64,000 nt of DNA from Eledone cirrhosa. Its lineage: Eukaryota. The notes below the pieces were generated by a model. That model was not told the DNA's origin. It ran no database searches and saw only the letters and a program-made list of their open reading frames with translations. Every line of letters begins with the position of its first letter. Position 1 is the stretch's first letter. Location: NCBI GenBank assembly GCA_964016885.1, contig CAXHJY010001399.1, forward strand, positions 74,590 through 138,589, written 5' to 3'. A program made the translations under genes and the position numbers. Shown here in pieces: positions 14,348 to 28,899 of this stretch.

Positions 14348-14541
14348 GGCACTGGATTGGCAGTATCGGTAGAGGGTCGGACGCCATGCTTTGCAGCATA
14401 GAGTTACGCTCTTTTACGGTCTGAGTTCAAATCCCGCCGAGGTTAACTTTGCCTTTCATCCTTACGGAAGGTCGATAAAATAAAGTACCAGTAATACACT
14501 GGGCATAATTGCTGGCCTTGTGCCAAAAGTAGAAACAATTA
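14348..14541 (+). mobile_element. SINE family 1
   Basis: Full A/B box, core and tail. Confidence 0.85.
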
Positions 14542-14678
14542 TATAATCACAGTTATTATATTTCATCGATTCTTGAAAGATCGAAGGCAAAGTTGATCTC
14601 GACGGGATTTGAAGGTAAAACGTAAAGGGACGTAGCTAAATGCTACAAAGCATTTAGTCGGACGATCTAACGATTCTG

Positions 14679-15541
14679 TGAAGACGTCTGGCCTAGTGGT
14701 TAGAGTGTTGGACTTACGATGGGTTCGATTTCTTGACCGGGTGATGTGTTAGGTTCTTGAGCCAAACATGTTTTCATGTTGCTCCATTATACTCAGTGGA
14801 GGCCTATGGCCTAGTGGTAAGAGTGTTGGACTTACGATGGGTTCGATTTCTTGACCGGGTGATGTGTTAGGTTCTTGAGCCAAACATGTTTTCATGTTGC
14901 TCCATTATACTCAGTGGAGGCCTATGGCCTAGTGGTAAGAGTGTTGGACTTACGATGGGTTCGATTTCTTGACCGGGTCATGTGTTAGGTTCTTGAGCCA
15001 AACATGTTTTCATGTTGCTCCATTATACTCAGTGGAGGCCTATGGCCTAGTGGTAAGAGTGTTGGACTTACGATGGGTTCGATTTCTTGACCGGGTCATG
15101 TGTTAGGTTCTTGAGCCAAACATGTTTTCATGTTGCTCCATTATACTCAGTGGAGGCCTATGGCCTAGTGGTAAGAGTGTTGGACTTACGATGGGTTCGA
15201 TTTCTTGACCGGGTCATGTGTTAGGTCCTTGAGCCAAACATGTTTTCATGTTGCTCCAGTATACTCAGTGGAGGCCTATGGCCTAGTGGTTAGAGTGTTG
15301 GACTTACGATGGGTTCGATTTCTTGACTGGGTCATGTGTTAGGTCCTTGAGCCAAACATGTTTTCATGTTGCTCCAGTATACTCAGTGGAGGCCTATGGC
15401 CTAGTGGTAAGAGTGTTGGACTTACGATGGGTTCGATTTCTTGACTGGGTCATGTGTTAGGTCCTTGAGCCAAACATGTTTTCATGTTGCTCCAGTATAC
15501 TCAGTGGAGGCCTATGGCCTAGTGGTAAGTGTGTTGGACTT
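14679..15541 (+). repeat. Tandem array of 118-bp SINE family 2 heads (7 full + 1 partial)
   Basis: GGCCTAGTGG recurs at 14690, 14808, 14926 ... 15516. Each full unit carries B box GGTTCGATTTC and the TTCTTGAGCCAAACA core. Confidence 0.9.
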
Positions 15542-15584
15542 TGACTAAATAATTCGGTTATATTGCTTACTGTTACTTACTGTT

Positions 15585-15850
15585 ATGTGGAGACACTTGG
15601 CCTTGTGGTAAGGGTGTTGGTCTTACGACCCTAATGTTGTGGGTTCGATTCCTTGACTGTGTTCTTGAGCGAAACACTTCATTTCACGCTGTTCCAGTAT
15701 ATTCAGCTTAAAATGAACGCCAGTAGTAACTAGAGGTTTAACCCTGCCATAGACTGGCGTCCTATCCAGGGGGGAAGCCTTGTTCTCTCAGTCCCTTAAT
15801 GCCACAGAAACTGGGAAAAGCACCGGTCTAATGAACTTGAGGACAGACTT
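15585..15850 (+). mobile_element. SINE family 2
   Basis: TGGCCTTGTGG A box, GGTTCGATTCC B box, core and tail. Related copies at 17975-18290 and 37935-38125(-). Confidence 0.75.
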
Positions 15851-17685
15851 TAACCCTTTAGCATTTAAACTGGCCGTATCCGGCCAAAATTCTCTCACCT
15901 CTTTCTGTTCAAACCGGCCATAACCGGTTGTTCATACTGATGTTAAGGTATTGTTCTCAAAATAAATAATATCAAAATCTCGTATATTCGATATTATGTG
16001 AGATAATTATTTGAGATAAAGACTTTACAGTGAAAATACAATAGTATATATAGAGTAACTTAAATGCTAAAGGGTTAAACATTTTTGTCTAACAATTCTA
16101 ACCACCTTAATAATTGTTTCTACTTTAGGCACAAGGCCAGCAATTACCAGTGCATTACTGGTACTTTATTTTATCGACCCCGTAAGGATGAAAGGCAAAG
16201 TCAACCTCGGCGGGATTTGAACTCAGATCTAACCACCTTAATAATGATTTTTAAACATTTATTTTTTATTGTTTGTTTGTTTCTTTATTTATTTGGTTAT
16301 TTATTTATTTAATGAAAGACTCCCCCAAAAAACACACAACAAAACAACCTTAACAGCAACGGATCGAACACACGGACACAGCAACGGATCAAACACACAG
16401 ACACAGCAACGGATCGAACACACGGACACAGCAACGGATCGAACACACAGACAGACACGGCGTCAGGTTATTTTGATTGGAGATTAAAAAGATTAAAGAC
16501 AGGCTTGTTTGTTTGATTGACGAGAATAATACAAGCTGGGTAATTTGATAGGTATGGTTACAGAAAGTTGGTTAAGGGTTTGTTTGAGTCCTTAGGCGGT
16601 TTTCTACCCTTTTTTTTCTTTTCCACAGGTGGACTAAAGGTGATGCACACCATTAAGGTGATACAAACTTCAAACACAGAATGCTTTAGATTTGAAACTA
16701 AGTGTGAATACATATATAATGTTTAGAAAAGGAAATCCCTAAAGTTAGTTGATCCTTTCATAAATTACGCTCACTTCACCGCTATCTTTTTATTTATTTT
16801 ATTTATTTATTTTATTTATTTATTGGGGTGGGGCGGGTTTACAAGAATTACTGTTTTGCACTTGGTAGTGTTAGGGCAGTGTTAATGTGAGAGTAAATAG
16901 ATATAACTGAATGGAGGGAGAGGGGTGAGAGAGGGAGAGAGGGAAGTGTGTGAGAGAGAAAAAATGAGGGGGAGAGAGAAGGGAAGAGAGAGAGAGAGAG
17001 ATAGAGGGAGAGGGATAACAAGAAAACAGAGAGAGAACGAGATAGATAGAGAGAGGGAAAGGGAGAGAGCTTATTCCCCCTCCGGCATCTCATGGTAGTA
17101 GCAGGCAACACTTGCCACCGATTTCTCAGTAGTTCCAGCTTTTATTAAAACTACATCTCTTCCCGTCGCCTTACCAGGACTATATTAGATTTCCAACACT
17201 TTCTAACACAAAGACGACACATAAGTCGGGTAAGTTAATTTTATTTTCTCATTCTCTGGTGGTTGCTGCTCTTTAACAATTCAAATCTTTGCTGTTCATA
17301 TTCCCAGACTCCCTACAATGTTTTCTACTCATTTATCGGAAACAATAAAGTTTACGAATGAATGGAAGTAAACAAACAAACACACACACACATGTCACCA
17401 GGTCCTGAACACAGGAGCCGAACTCCCACTGGCATCACCTCCATCTCTGTCGTCCTCCCCATCACACACACATGTCACCAGGTCCTGACACTGAGGAGCC
17501 AAACTCCCACTGTCATCACCTCCATCGCTCTCACCCCACCCCTCTCTATTATGAGCAAATGGGGTCCCACGCGCTTATCTCAATCTTTTTCTCACTTATA
17601 CTGTCCGAAACAAAAATCATTTCATTTTTTTTTTATTTATTCCACTTAATAACTCTAATGTTTACAAAGGGTCAGCAATTTTGGC

Positions 17686-17905
17686 TGTGGGTGTCCCTGG
17701 GGTGTCACTGGGGTGTGGGTGTCACTGGCGTGTGGGTATCACTGGGGTGTGGGTGTCACTGGGGTGTGGGTATCACTGGGGTGTGGGTATCACTGGGGTG
17801 TGGGTGTCACTGGGGTGTGGGTATCATTGGGGTGTGGGTGTCACTGGGGTGTAGGTGGCTCTAGGGTGTGGGTGTCATTGTGGGAGGGTGTTCACTAGGG
17901 TGTGG
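17686..17905. repeat. 17-bp G-rich minisatellite
   Basis: Unit GGGGTGTGGGTGTCACT. Confidence 0.9.
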
Positions 17906-18594
17906 TCATATTGCGGGAGGGTGGAGGGAGGAAAATCGATTATATTGATCCAGTACTTGACTGCTCTGGACTGGGTTGTGTTTGTTGTGTTCTTGAGCAA
18001 AACACTTCATTTCACGTTGCTCCAGGATACTCAGACGAAAATGATATACCAGCAATATCTGGAGGTTTAACCCTGTGATGGACTGGTGTTCTCTCCAGTG
18101 GGAGGTAGTCTTGTACTGTCAGTCACTTAATGCCCCAGAAACCAGGATAAACACTGGTCTGATCAGCCTCCGGGACAGGGGGGACATACTTTAACCCTGT
18201 GATGGACTGGCGTCCTCTCCAGTGGGAGGTAGTCTTGTACTGTCAGTCACTTAATGCCCCAGAAACCAGGATAAACACTGGTCTGATCAGCCTCTTCAGA
18301 CTTTAGACTTTTAGGCTTGACTTCTACTTTAGTTTATCGAACTCCTGGAAGGCTGAATGGGAAAGTAGACTTCGGTGGGATTTGAACTCTGGACAGAAAC
18401 AGGTCGGAATTTAAATGTTGCAAAACATTTTGTCTGGCGCTCTACCAATTCTGCCTCTCCCCCTTTATCTGTTTAAAATAATTTCTTTGGATTCTCAGAT
18501 GGTCAACAGTCTTGCATGGGGGGGGGGGGGGTCGACTACAAGTGCGTGTGTGTGTGTGTGCGTGTAACATATGTGCAACACATATAAATATATA

Positions 18595-18648
18595 TTTCTG
18601 ACTGATGAACCTGTGAGAAGCAGGCGAAACTCTAGAGTTACAAGAGTC
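18595..18648 (+). ncRNA. Hammerhead motif
   Basis: CTGATGA-ACCTG/CAGGC-GAAAC-TCTAGA-GTT with palindromic stem III AACTCTAGAGTT. Stem I is weak. Confidence 0.65.
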
Positions 18649-19005
18649 ACGATTTAGCCTTATGATGATAATAATAATTGTTTCATTTATTAGCCACAAG
18701 GGCCGACATGTAGGGGACAATACCAAGACAGGGACAGTGGGGGTGGGGGTTACAATAAAATTGGGGGAGAATACACAATAACAAAAACCATAATACACCA
18801 GGTATATGTGATTTCTTTATAAGCCACGCAGGGTTGACATTAAGGAGACCTTAAAGACGGTACAGGGTGATAGAGGGGGTGGGGGTTCTTGTATAAAATA
18901 GAATTTATAAAAGAGACTAAGAAAATAACCATTAAAAAAACAAACATTACAAATTCTCCAAAAACCAGGTTTACCCTGACCAGCACGGCAAGCTTCCTCT
19001 CCCAG

Positions 19006-19256
<251 letters not shown>

Positions 19257-19348
19257 GTATGTATATTTATTAAAATAACAGATTAAAGTTTAAGCAAAGA
19301 ATCGCTGCTTTCACCCTTAACGGGATCTTATATATATATATATATGTA

Positions 19349-19401
<53 letters not shown>

Positions 19402-19574
19402 ATACATATATATATGTATATATATATATGTATATATGTATATATATATATATATGTGTATACATATATATATGTATATATATATATGTATATATGTATA
19501 TATATGTATATATGTATATATATATATATGTATGTATATATATATATTATGTATATATATATATATATATATGT

Positions 19575-19723
19575 ATTATTTCTGAAGACGGCGTATATAT
19601 GTGTTTGGTATGTATATTTAATCTTGATAATTTGTATAATTTTGTATAATTTTGTACATAGATCTGTTGAATATGCATGCCAATTCTAACACATATATAT
19701 CCTAGAAACGATCGTTAAATAAT
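19575..19723 (+). ncRNA. Hammerhead with ~116-nt extended stem II (family B)
   Basis: ATTATTT-CTGAAGA-[long hairpin]-GAAAC-GATC-GTT-AAATAAT. Confidence 0.75.
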
Positions 19724-19781
19724 GAACTTTTTTTGTTTAATATAAGAAATTGTTTATTCATTATTTGTTTAATATTTTATA

Positions 19782-20006
<225 letters not shown>

Positions 20007-20021
20007 GTATATATATATATG

Positions 20022-20068
<47 letters not shown>

Positions 20069-20183
20069 GTATATATATATATGTATATATATATATATGT
20101 ATATATATATGTATATATATATGTATATATATATATATGTATATATATATATGTATGTATATATATATATGTATATATATATG

Positions 20184-20216
<33 letters not shown>

Positions 20217-20249
20217 GTATGTATGTATATGTATATATATGTATGTATG

Positions 20250-20280
<31 letters not shown>

Positions 20281-20309
20281 GTATATATATATATGTATAT
20301 ATATATATG

Positions 20310-20360
<51 letters not shown>

Positions 20361-20410
20361 GTATATATATATATATATATATGACATCACATATATATAT
20401 ATATATATAT

Positions 20411-21427
20411 ATGACATCACTGACATCATCAAACACAGCAACATTAAAATTTTCGCTGATGATTCCAAGCTCCAAAAGGTCATCAATGGCGTGGATGACC
20501 GGATAAGCCTTCAGTCAGACCTACTGGCTGTTACCCAATGGGCGGAAAAGAACAACATGTTACTGAACGAAGACAAATTCGAACTGATCCACTTTGGAAA
20601 AGAGGATGCTCTGAAACTCCCGTACTCCCTTCCCTCCGGGGAAACTCTCGTGGCATCTAACAACATCAGAGACTTGGGAGTAACCGTGGACAGCAACATA
20701 AGCTGGACCACGCATATAAGCAGCAAAGTTGACATGGCCCGCAGAATCTGTTCCTGGATCCTCAGAACCTTCCAGTCGAGAGATTCCCACACCATTATCC
20801 TTCTCTTCTCTACTTTTGCCCGACCACACCTTGAATACTGTTGTCCACTGTGGTCTCCCCACACGAAACAAAGTATCATGAAACTTGAAGCTCCTCAAAG
20901 GGCAATCACGAAAAAGATAGATGGCATGTCAGACCTTGACTACTGGGGTCGACTAGAAAACCTGAAACTTTACTCACTCCAACGTCGCCGTGAGCGTTAT
21001 ATTATCTGCATGATGTGGAAAATGTTCCATCATCACTGCCCAAATGATGTTGGCATCGCCTTCAAGATACACCCAAGGCTTGGGCCCCGTGCTATCCGTC
21101 CCATTCAAAAATCTAAATCGCAACTCATAACAACAATACGGCACAATTATTTCACCTCAATCGGCCCTGCTCTCTTCAACATCACACCAGGACACGTCAA
21201 AACAGAAACTGACCACACAAAATTCAAGAAGTCTTTGGACAAATTCCTCCAAGTAATCCCGGACAAACCACCCACACCCGGATATGTCTCCGCAAACAGT
21301 AATTCTCTTCTCGAATGGGCCATGGTGCCCAAATCCTGAATTGAAAGACTTCGCCAGGTGGTGCTATTAAGTTAGACATGGCCTGGGCCAATACTGGCCA
21401 AAACATTTCAAAGTTATTCAAAGTTAT
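20411..21427 (+). mobile_element. CR1-group LINE, 5'-truncated 3' part (RT C-terminus + 3' UTR)
   Basis: Open frame to stop at 21339: [54 protein letters not shown]. Short TTCAAAGTTA repeat tail. Embedded in (TA)n. Confidence 0.9.
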
Positions 21428-21428
21428 G

Positions 21429-21653
<225 letters not shown>

Positions 21654-22016
21654 GATGATAATGGAGCTGCGACGTTGCAAATGGGTTACATATGAAAAAG
21701 TAAGTCCTTCGTCAGTGGCCTTCCAACCGTCCTAGGCATTTCATCGCTTTAAGGGCCATATACCTCAGGTTGGTGCGAACAACGGCTAAAAAAAGTCGTT
21801 GGGACACGTAAATAAAGGGGACGCTAGGGTGAACAAACAAAATGGTTTAAGCAACAGAAAGTGAGAAGAAAGAGACAAGTCCCAGATTTCTATGAATATA
21901 AACTCGGTGAAATCGTGAACGAGAGACGAAAGACCATCAAACCTGGTTGAAATGTGAGCAAGGAAGGAATTTCGCACAGGTCTAACGGGAGGAAGAAGGG
22001 GTCTGGTCTGTATATG

Positions 22017-22125
<109 letters not shown>

Positions 22126-22126
22126 G

Positions 22127-22193
<67 letters not shown>

Positions 22194-22210
22194 GTATATA
22201 TATATGTATG

Positions 22211-22241
<31 letters not shown>

Positions 22242-22700
22242 GTATATATATGTATGTATGTATATATATATATGTATATATATATATATGTATATATATG
22301 TATGTATGTATATATATATATGTATGTATATATATATATGTATGTATATATATATATGTATATATATATATGTATGTATATATATATAAGTATATATATG
22401 TATGTATATATATATATGTATGTATATATATATATATGTATGTATATATATATATGTATGTATATATATATATATGTATGTATATATATATGTATGTATA
22501 TATATATATATATGTATGTATATATATATATATGTATGTATATATATATATGTATATATATATATATGTATGTATATATATATATGTATGTATATATATA
22601 TGTATGTATATATATATATATATGTATGTATATATATATGTATGTATATATATATATATGTATGTATATATATATATATGTATGTATATATATATGTATG

Positions 22701-22806
<106 letters not shown>

Positions 22807-22809
22807 TGC

Positions 22810-22929
<120 letters not shown>

Positions 22930-23487
22930 GTATATATATATATGTATATATATATGTATGTATATATATATGTATATATATATATATGTATATATATATG
23001 TATATATATATATATATGTATGTATATCTTTATATATGTATATATATGTATGTATATATTTATATATGTATATATATGTATGTATATATATATATATATG
23101 TATATATATGTATGTATATATATATATATATGTATATATATGTATGTATATATATATATGTATGTATATATATATATGTATGTATATATATATATATGTA
23201 TGTATATATATATGTATGTATATATATATATATATGTATGTATATATATATATATGTATGTATATATATATATGTATATATATATTGATTTTTCCCTGGA
23301 TTTCAATAAATTCTGTGGATGAATCTATATCCTGATTCTCTTTAGGATGAGTTTAAATTATTTTTCCCACATCTTACGTTAACTATTTTTCCCATTTTGA
23401 CGCTATAGTCACTTATATACTATGGAATGCTGTTCGCTTTTCGCTGCAGTGTTTTCTATACCTTTCATTTATATATGTATATATATG

Positions 23488-23593
<106 letters not shown>

Positions 23594-24004
23594 TTTATAT
23601 ATATATGAATTTATATATATATATGAATTTATATATATATGAATTTATATATGTATATATATATATATATATATGAATTTATATATGTATATATATATGT
23701 ATATATATATATATATGAATTTATATATGTATATATATATATATATGAATTTATATATGTATATATATATATATATATATATGAATATATATATGTATAT
23801 ATATATGAGCAACGATGGTTGCTAGACACTGTACGGCTTAATTCGGGATGTTTGTTTACAAACACACCGAACATTATAATAAATGTTCGGTGAATCCATA
23901 CATACATATATATATATGTGTGCATGTATGTATATATATATATATACATACTACTGAACGTCTGTATACATATATGTATGTACATATACATACTTATATT
24001 TATG

Positions 24005-24067
<63 letters not shown>

Positions 24068-24385
24068 ACTATATTATATTTAGAGATTAAACTTTTAGTC
24101 GTTTACAATTAATCAGCTCAAAGAAAGAGGCATTTCTGAGCAGTGAAATACAAGTTATATATTAATATATATGATAAACACAAAACGTGTTTGTATTGTA
24201 ACAGACAAAGTTAGCTAGCAATGAAATAAACTAATTAAAGTGAATACAATTTGTCTGTCTAGATATAAGTCAATAAAGACAAGCTTATATTGGCAAAAGC
24301 CGTGATTCCTGGACAAATTTAAATTTCAAAATCCAAACCCGCTCCGTAGATGAATTTGATATTCGAAACCCATATATGTATGTAA

Positions 24386-24698
24386 ATGTTATTCTTTTTG
24401 GTAAATATCATCTTGGTTAAGGGAGTGGGACTGGCTTTGTGCACTGCCTTTGCTCACTATAAAAGCTTCACGGCACAGGCATTGCTTTATACCTGGAGAT
24501 CTCTCTGCACTTGTCGTCACATGGTACCATGGGCCCAGCACTATGTGTCAATAATTGTCACAAGTGTAGTGTTTGTACCAGAGTTTTCAAGTCGCTGGCT
24601 GGACTAAAAAGTCACACTCGTTCAGCGCATCGGTAGGGGTTCTCCCACATGGATATAAAGTAGTGGCAGTACTCGAAAACGAGTTGGCAGCCACCATA
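24386..24698 (+). mobile_element. 5'-truncated copy of the RTE-like element at 32612-33222
   Basis: Highly similar to ~32910-33222. Confidence 0.7.
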
Positions 24699-24806
24699 TG
24701 TATAGTATACATATATATTTATAGTATACATATACATTGTATACATATCATCATCGTTTAACGCCCATCTTCCACGCTAGCATGAGTTAGACGGGAGTTG
24801 TATGTA

Positions 24807-24903
<97 letters not shown>

Positions 24904-25949
24904 ATGTATGTATGTATGTATGTATGTATGTATGTATGCATGTATGTATGTATAGATATGTATGTATGTATGTATGTATAGATAGATATGTATGTATGTA
25001 TGTATGTATGTATGTGTGTGTGTGTATGTATGTCTGTTCTTCTGGTTTTATAATTTCATAAAGTTTTACCAATAGAGAGAGAGTTGGTTTCTAACATAGA
25101 CACAAGACTCTCTCATTGGAATTTACACATCAACTAGGTAGATATGTATGTCTGCATGTGTAGATATGGATGTTATTGTATGTGTGGATGTGGATGTTTT
25201 GAGTTGTATGTGTGCATGTGTACATGCTTTGTATCTGTACATGTGTATATGCAGTTATTAGATGCACTATTTTTGGAATGTTTTACATATTTTTACTGTT
25301 CCATTAATGGATTGTACTTGTAATTTCCTAACTAGTTGTGTTCTTTCTGTTCCTGTGAAGCCTAGCTTCTCAAGATTTGTATTGAGGCAGTTACTAACAT
25401 ACCCCCAGTGCCCCAATAATCACAGGCATAAATCTGAAGGTGTAATAAGGGTGGAGTATCTGCTGATTTCTCATTAGTTCTGCATGTATATATGTATGGT
25501 ATGAACCCGTAACCCCGAGGAGTCGTAGGGACGCCATATTGATAAACAACATTTTTAGGGCATTATCTTAAAACCTGGTGGAGCCCATCTCCTCTCCAGG
25601 CCTGAATACAGCAGATTTCTTCCATAGAAGGATAGAGAGAGTGGGGGAAAGAAGGTGAGAGAGAGATATAGAGGAAGAATCAACCCACTACATGACTGGT
25701 ACTTTTTTATCGACCTCAAAAGGATGAAAAGCAAAGTTGACCTCGGTGGGATTTGAACTCAGAGTGTGGAGAGCTGGAATACCATAAAGTACTCTATCTG
25801 ATATTCTAACGACTCTACCAATTCACCGTATATATATATATATATACAGTTGTCCCCGGGTATTCGCGGGGTTACGTTCCTCGAGCACCCGCGAAGAGTC
25901 AAAATCCGCGAAAATTGCACGTGGTTCATAAAAATGCCTATAACCGTCA

Positions 25950-26783
25950 AAACATAACATAAATATAAACTCTAGGCCGAAACATAACATAAAATATAAA
26001 CTATAGTCCGAAACATAACATAAAATATAAACTATAGGCCGAAACATAACATAAAATATAAACTATAGTCCGAAACATAACATAAAATATAAACTATAGG
26101 CCGAAACATAACATAAATATAAACTATAGGCCGAAACATAACATAAAATATAAACTCTAGGCCGAAACATAACATAAATATAAACTATAGTCCGAAACAT
26201 AACATAAAATATAAACTATAGTCCGAAACATAACATAAAATATAAACTATAGGCCGAAACATAACATAAATATAAACTATAGTCCGAAACATAACATAAA
26301 ATATAAACTATAGTCCGAAACATAACATAAAATATAAACTATAGTCCGAAACATAACATAAAATATAAACTATAGTCCGAAACATAACATAAAATATAAA
26401 CTATAGGCCGAAACATAACATAAAATATAAACTATAGTCCGAAACATAACATAAAATATAAACTATAGGCCGAAACATAACATAAAATATAAACTATAGT
26501 CCGAAACATAACATAAAATATAAACTATAGTCCGAAACATAACATAAAATATAAACTATAGGCCGAAACATAACATAAAATATAAACTATAGTCCGAAAC
26601 ATAACATAAAATATAAACTATAGTCCGAAACATAACATAAAATATAAACTATAGTCCGAAACATAACATAAAATATAAACTATAGGCCGAAACATAAACA
26701 TAAAATATAAACTATAGGCCGAAACATAACATAAAATATAAACTATAGTCCGAAACATAACATAAAATATAAACTATAGTCCG
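25950..26783. repeat. 31-bp minisatellite, ~27 copies
   Basis: Unit AAACATAACATAAAATATAAACTATAG(T/G)CCG. Confidence 0.95.
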
Positions 26784-26917
26784 GGAAATACGTTTTATTG
26801 TTATTAATAATTTAGCGTTTAAAAGATTAAAAATATATATTGCCACGAAAAGAGTCATGAAAATATCGCGGAAGATATTTACGATTCCGCGAATATGCGG
26901 TGGTTTCCATGAACCTG

Positions 26918-27096
26918 AATTGGCAGTATCGGAAGAGGGTCGGACATGCTTTCCAGCATAGTTACGTCCCTTTACGATCTGAGTTCAAAATCCGCCCGAG
27001 GTTAACTTTGCCTTTCATCCTTACGGGGTCGATAAAATAAAGTACCAGTAATGTACTGGGTAATTGCTGGCCTTGTGCCTAAAATAGAAACAATTA
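26918..27096 (+). mobile_element. SINE family 1 nested in the DNA transposon
   Basis: Full A/B box, core and tail. Confidence 0.85.
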
Positions 27097-27157
27097 TTAG
27101 TTAGGTTCTAAGGAAAATTCCGCGAATAATCGGGACCGCGAATGTTGGGGTTACACC

Positions 27158-27250
<93 letters not shown>

Positions 27251-27515
27251 ATAATAATAATAATAAAAACATGTGGAGAGGAGGCACACGAGTTAGGATA
27301 TATATATATATGAAATCAGGGAGAAAGAGACGATTATGAGGAAGAACAATTTTTTTTTTTCCTTTTTTTTTTGTGTCTCTCTCTCTCTCTTTTTTCTGGG
27401 TTAGAAAATGATTAAAACGAAATGCTTTACTTTGTGTGAAGTGTTAAGGTATTAGTTGATTTATTTATTATTTAACAATGGCATTTATTTATCTATTTAT
27501 ATATTTAATTATTGT

Positions 27516-27557
27516 CTATTACCGGTTTCTGCATTTATATGCATTATCAAATGATAG
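27516..27557 (-). ncRNA. Hammerhead, U3-A8 variant
   Basis: CTATCAT-TTGATAA-TGCAT/ATGCA-GAAA-CCGG-TA-ATAG, located in the spacer of an inverted repeat. Confidence 0.7.
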
Positions 27558-27762
27558 TGAAATGTATTAGTGTGGTGTCGCACATGTTAAACAGAAGGTG
27601 CTGCCATTGTTAAATAATAAATAAATCAACTAATACCTTAACACTTCACCCAAAGTAAAACATTTCGTTTTAATCATTTTCTAACCCAGAAAAAGAGAGA
27701 GAGACACAAAAAAAAGGAAGAAAAAAAATTTTTCTTCCTCATAATCGTCTCTTTCTCCCTGT

Positions 27763-27834
<72 letters not shown>

Positions 27835-27961
27835 CTCCACGTTGGCAAAATACTACATGTGATGTGTATAAGAAGCAAATTGCGTAGGTTTGAAACTAAA
27901 CTGCGAAGACAGAAGACATTTGTAAAAGAATGTCATTGAGAGAAGTAAGGAATCCTGAAAT

Positions 27962-28161
27962 ATGGTGACTGTCGTCTGTTATGGTTGTTGTACATTCTAC
28001 ACCCCCTAGCAGCACTGGTTACAACAGTGAACACAGAGATGGTGACTGTCGTCTGTTATGGTTGTTGTACATTCTACACCCCCTAGCAGCACTGGTTACA
28101 ACAGTGAACACAGAGATGGTGACTGTCGTCTGTTATGGTTGTTGTACATTCTACACCCCCT
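27962..28161. repeat. 77-bp tandem repeat x2.6
   Basis: ATGGTGACTGTCGTCTG recurs at 27962, 28039 and 28116. Confidence 0.9.
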
Positions 28162-28243
28162 AAATATTTTTATAACTGATATAAAGCACTCAACAAATTA
28201 TACAATATATTAAAAAATGGAAACTATATTTATAAAACCATAT

Positions 28244-28311
28244 TTATTTCATTATACATATTTCAAGGGCCACCTGAGCAAACTATGGTGCGCTTTCATC
28301 AGATAAAATAT
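28244..28311 (-). ncRNA. Hammerhead motif
   Basis: TATTTTAT-CTGATGA-AAG.GCACC/GGTGGCCCTT-GAAA-TATGTATA-ATGAAATA. Related to 36342-36409. Confidence 0.65.
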
Positions 28312-28383
28312 AATATAGGTTAGTTTTATAAATAAATATTGACATACCCTTAAAAAATGCAACCATTCTGGTTGGAATCTCCT

Positions 28384-28421
<38 letters not shown>

Positions 28422-28476
28422 AAATAAAATAAAGTTAAATAAAAAGTCAAATGATTAAAGTTTAGCTTCGTTTATT

Positions 28477-28531
28477 ACTGCTATATATATTTCAGTGACA
28501 GCCATCTTTGGCTGTGACCTCTTCAGGCAGT
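28477..28531 (-). ncRNA. Minimal hammerhead (family A)
   Basis: Same sequence as 991-1045. Confidence 0.8.
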
Positions 28532-28597
28532 TTGAATTAGTATGGTATAGACAAGTACCATATACAACCAACATATACAACCAACATAAACTCAAAA

Positions 28598-28647
<50 letters not shown>

Positions 28648-28899
28648 TTCATATACATACATATATAAGTACATATATACATACATATATAAGTACATAT
28701 GTGTATATATATATAAATATATAAGTGTGTGCCGGTATGTATATCGTGAAGGCGTGTGGCTCGGTTGTTAGGAGTTTTCAGCTCACCATTGTAAGGTTGT
28801 GACAGCTGACAGTAATGAGTTGTACCAGTAATTCTTGAGGGGGCCCAGCTTTAAAATACGACCAAAGATATCTGGAAAAGGGGGGAAATATCTAATCTG

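Larger units (their letters stand above)
25847..27158. mobile_element. Tigger/pogo-like non-autonomous DNA transposon containing a minisatellite and a SINE
   Basis: TA^CAGTTGTCCCCGGGTATTCGCGG at the left and CCGCGAATGTTGGGGTTACACCA^TA at the right form imperfect TIRs. CCGCGAA subterminal motifs are repeated. Confidence 0.6.

Noticed and set aside
14679-15541. tRNA gene cluster
   Set aside because: The units lack a complete cloverleaf and continue into SINE core sequence.
16600-16662. Possible micro-exon after a strong polypyrimidine-CAG acceptor
   Set aside because: The donor is weak and there is no other exon support; it cannot be supported without RNA data.
18660-19005. Possible LINE 3' end on the minus strand (also a poly(A)-tailed fragment at 14120-14345)
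   Set aside because: Too little coding sequence to assign a family.
21715-21775. Minus-strand CTGAGG..GAAATGCCTA with CCAACC/GGTTGG stem
   Set aside because: The core deviates and stem II is poor; too speculative to call.
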